This document shows, one piece after another, positions 48,608 through 48,751 of a stretch of 48,751 nucleotides of DNA (position 1 is the stretch's first letter; each line of letters begins with the position of its first letter). Source of the stretch: a bacterium. Its GTDB lineage: Bacteria; Arandabacterota; Arandabacteria; Arandabacterales; Arandabacteraceae. The stretch lies in NCBI GenBank assembly GCA_049288275.1, contig JBAQHK010000251.1, forward strand, positions 1 through 48,751, read 5' to 3'. Below the pieces are notes generated by a model. That model was not told the origin of the DNA. It saw nothing but the letters and a program-made list of their open reading frames with translations, and searched no databases. The position numbers were made by a program, and so were the translations under genes.

Positions 48608-48751
48608 ATGGCTGAGGTAAAACTAGCTGCGATCAACAAGGTTTTTCTTTCTGGCAGGCTCACCAGGGATCCGGAACTGCGTTACACGCCTAACGGATCA
48701 TCTGTCTCGTCGTTCTCGCTGGCCTCCAGTCGGAGCTACAAGGGCCAGGAT
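48608..48751 (+). CDS. ssb: single-stranded DNA-binding protein, 3' end cut by window edge
   Basis: ATG 48608. [33 protein letters not shown]-fold N-terminus. Open to the end of the window, so absent from the ORF track. Confidence 0.85.
   Translation, partial: MAEVKLAAINKVFLSGRLTRDPELRYTPNGSSVSSFSLASSRSYKGQD

Overview
GC-rich bacterial chromosomal window (about two-thirds G+C by eye, not computed), densely packed. About 50 protein genes, 8 tRNAs and one SRP RNA. All confident genes are on the + strand except lysC. No rRNA, CRISPR array, transposase, integrase or phage gene was seen. Most of the window is housekeeping: pyk, galT-like, pcm, a MacAB-type efflux trio, lysC, tadA, malic enzyme, ffs-dnaX-ybaB-recR, four-subunit pyruvate:ferredoxin oxidoreductase (porGDAB), pgpA-cinA-thpR-recA-recX-alaS, and ispE-spoVG-tRNAGln-prs-ctc-pth-ychF-rpsF-ssb. 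The most unusual content: (1) a translationally coupled ferredoxin / geranylgeranyl reductase / GGGP-synthase (PcrB-family) trio right after alaS. It is an archaeal-type isoprenoid-glycerol ether-lipid module, and it runs on without real gaps into rfbA, rfbD, gmhA, a small EamA/ArnE-like flippase, udk, a DPPRS-like UbiA prenyltransferase and ispE. (2) An eRF1/Vms1-like (baeRF/VLRF1) protein with a GGxSQ loop and a Zn-ribbon. (3) A signal-peptide-less gingipain-like (clan CD/C25) peptidase homolog between two TPR lipoproteins. (4) A tRNA-flanked block encoding a beta-helix protein, a GT-C/TPR glycosyltransferase and a 1718-aa M6 metalloprotease with a propeller, CARDB-like domains and a Por/FlgD-type C-terminal domain. 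That C-terminal domain and the lipid genes suggest an FCB-superphylum-like candidate lineage; this is inference only. The many long antisense or out-of-frame ORFs in the track are GC-content artefacts.
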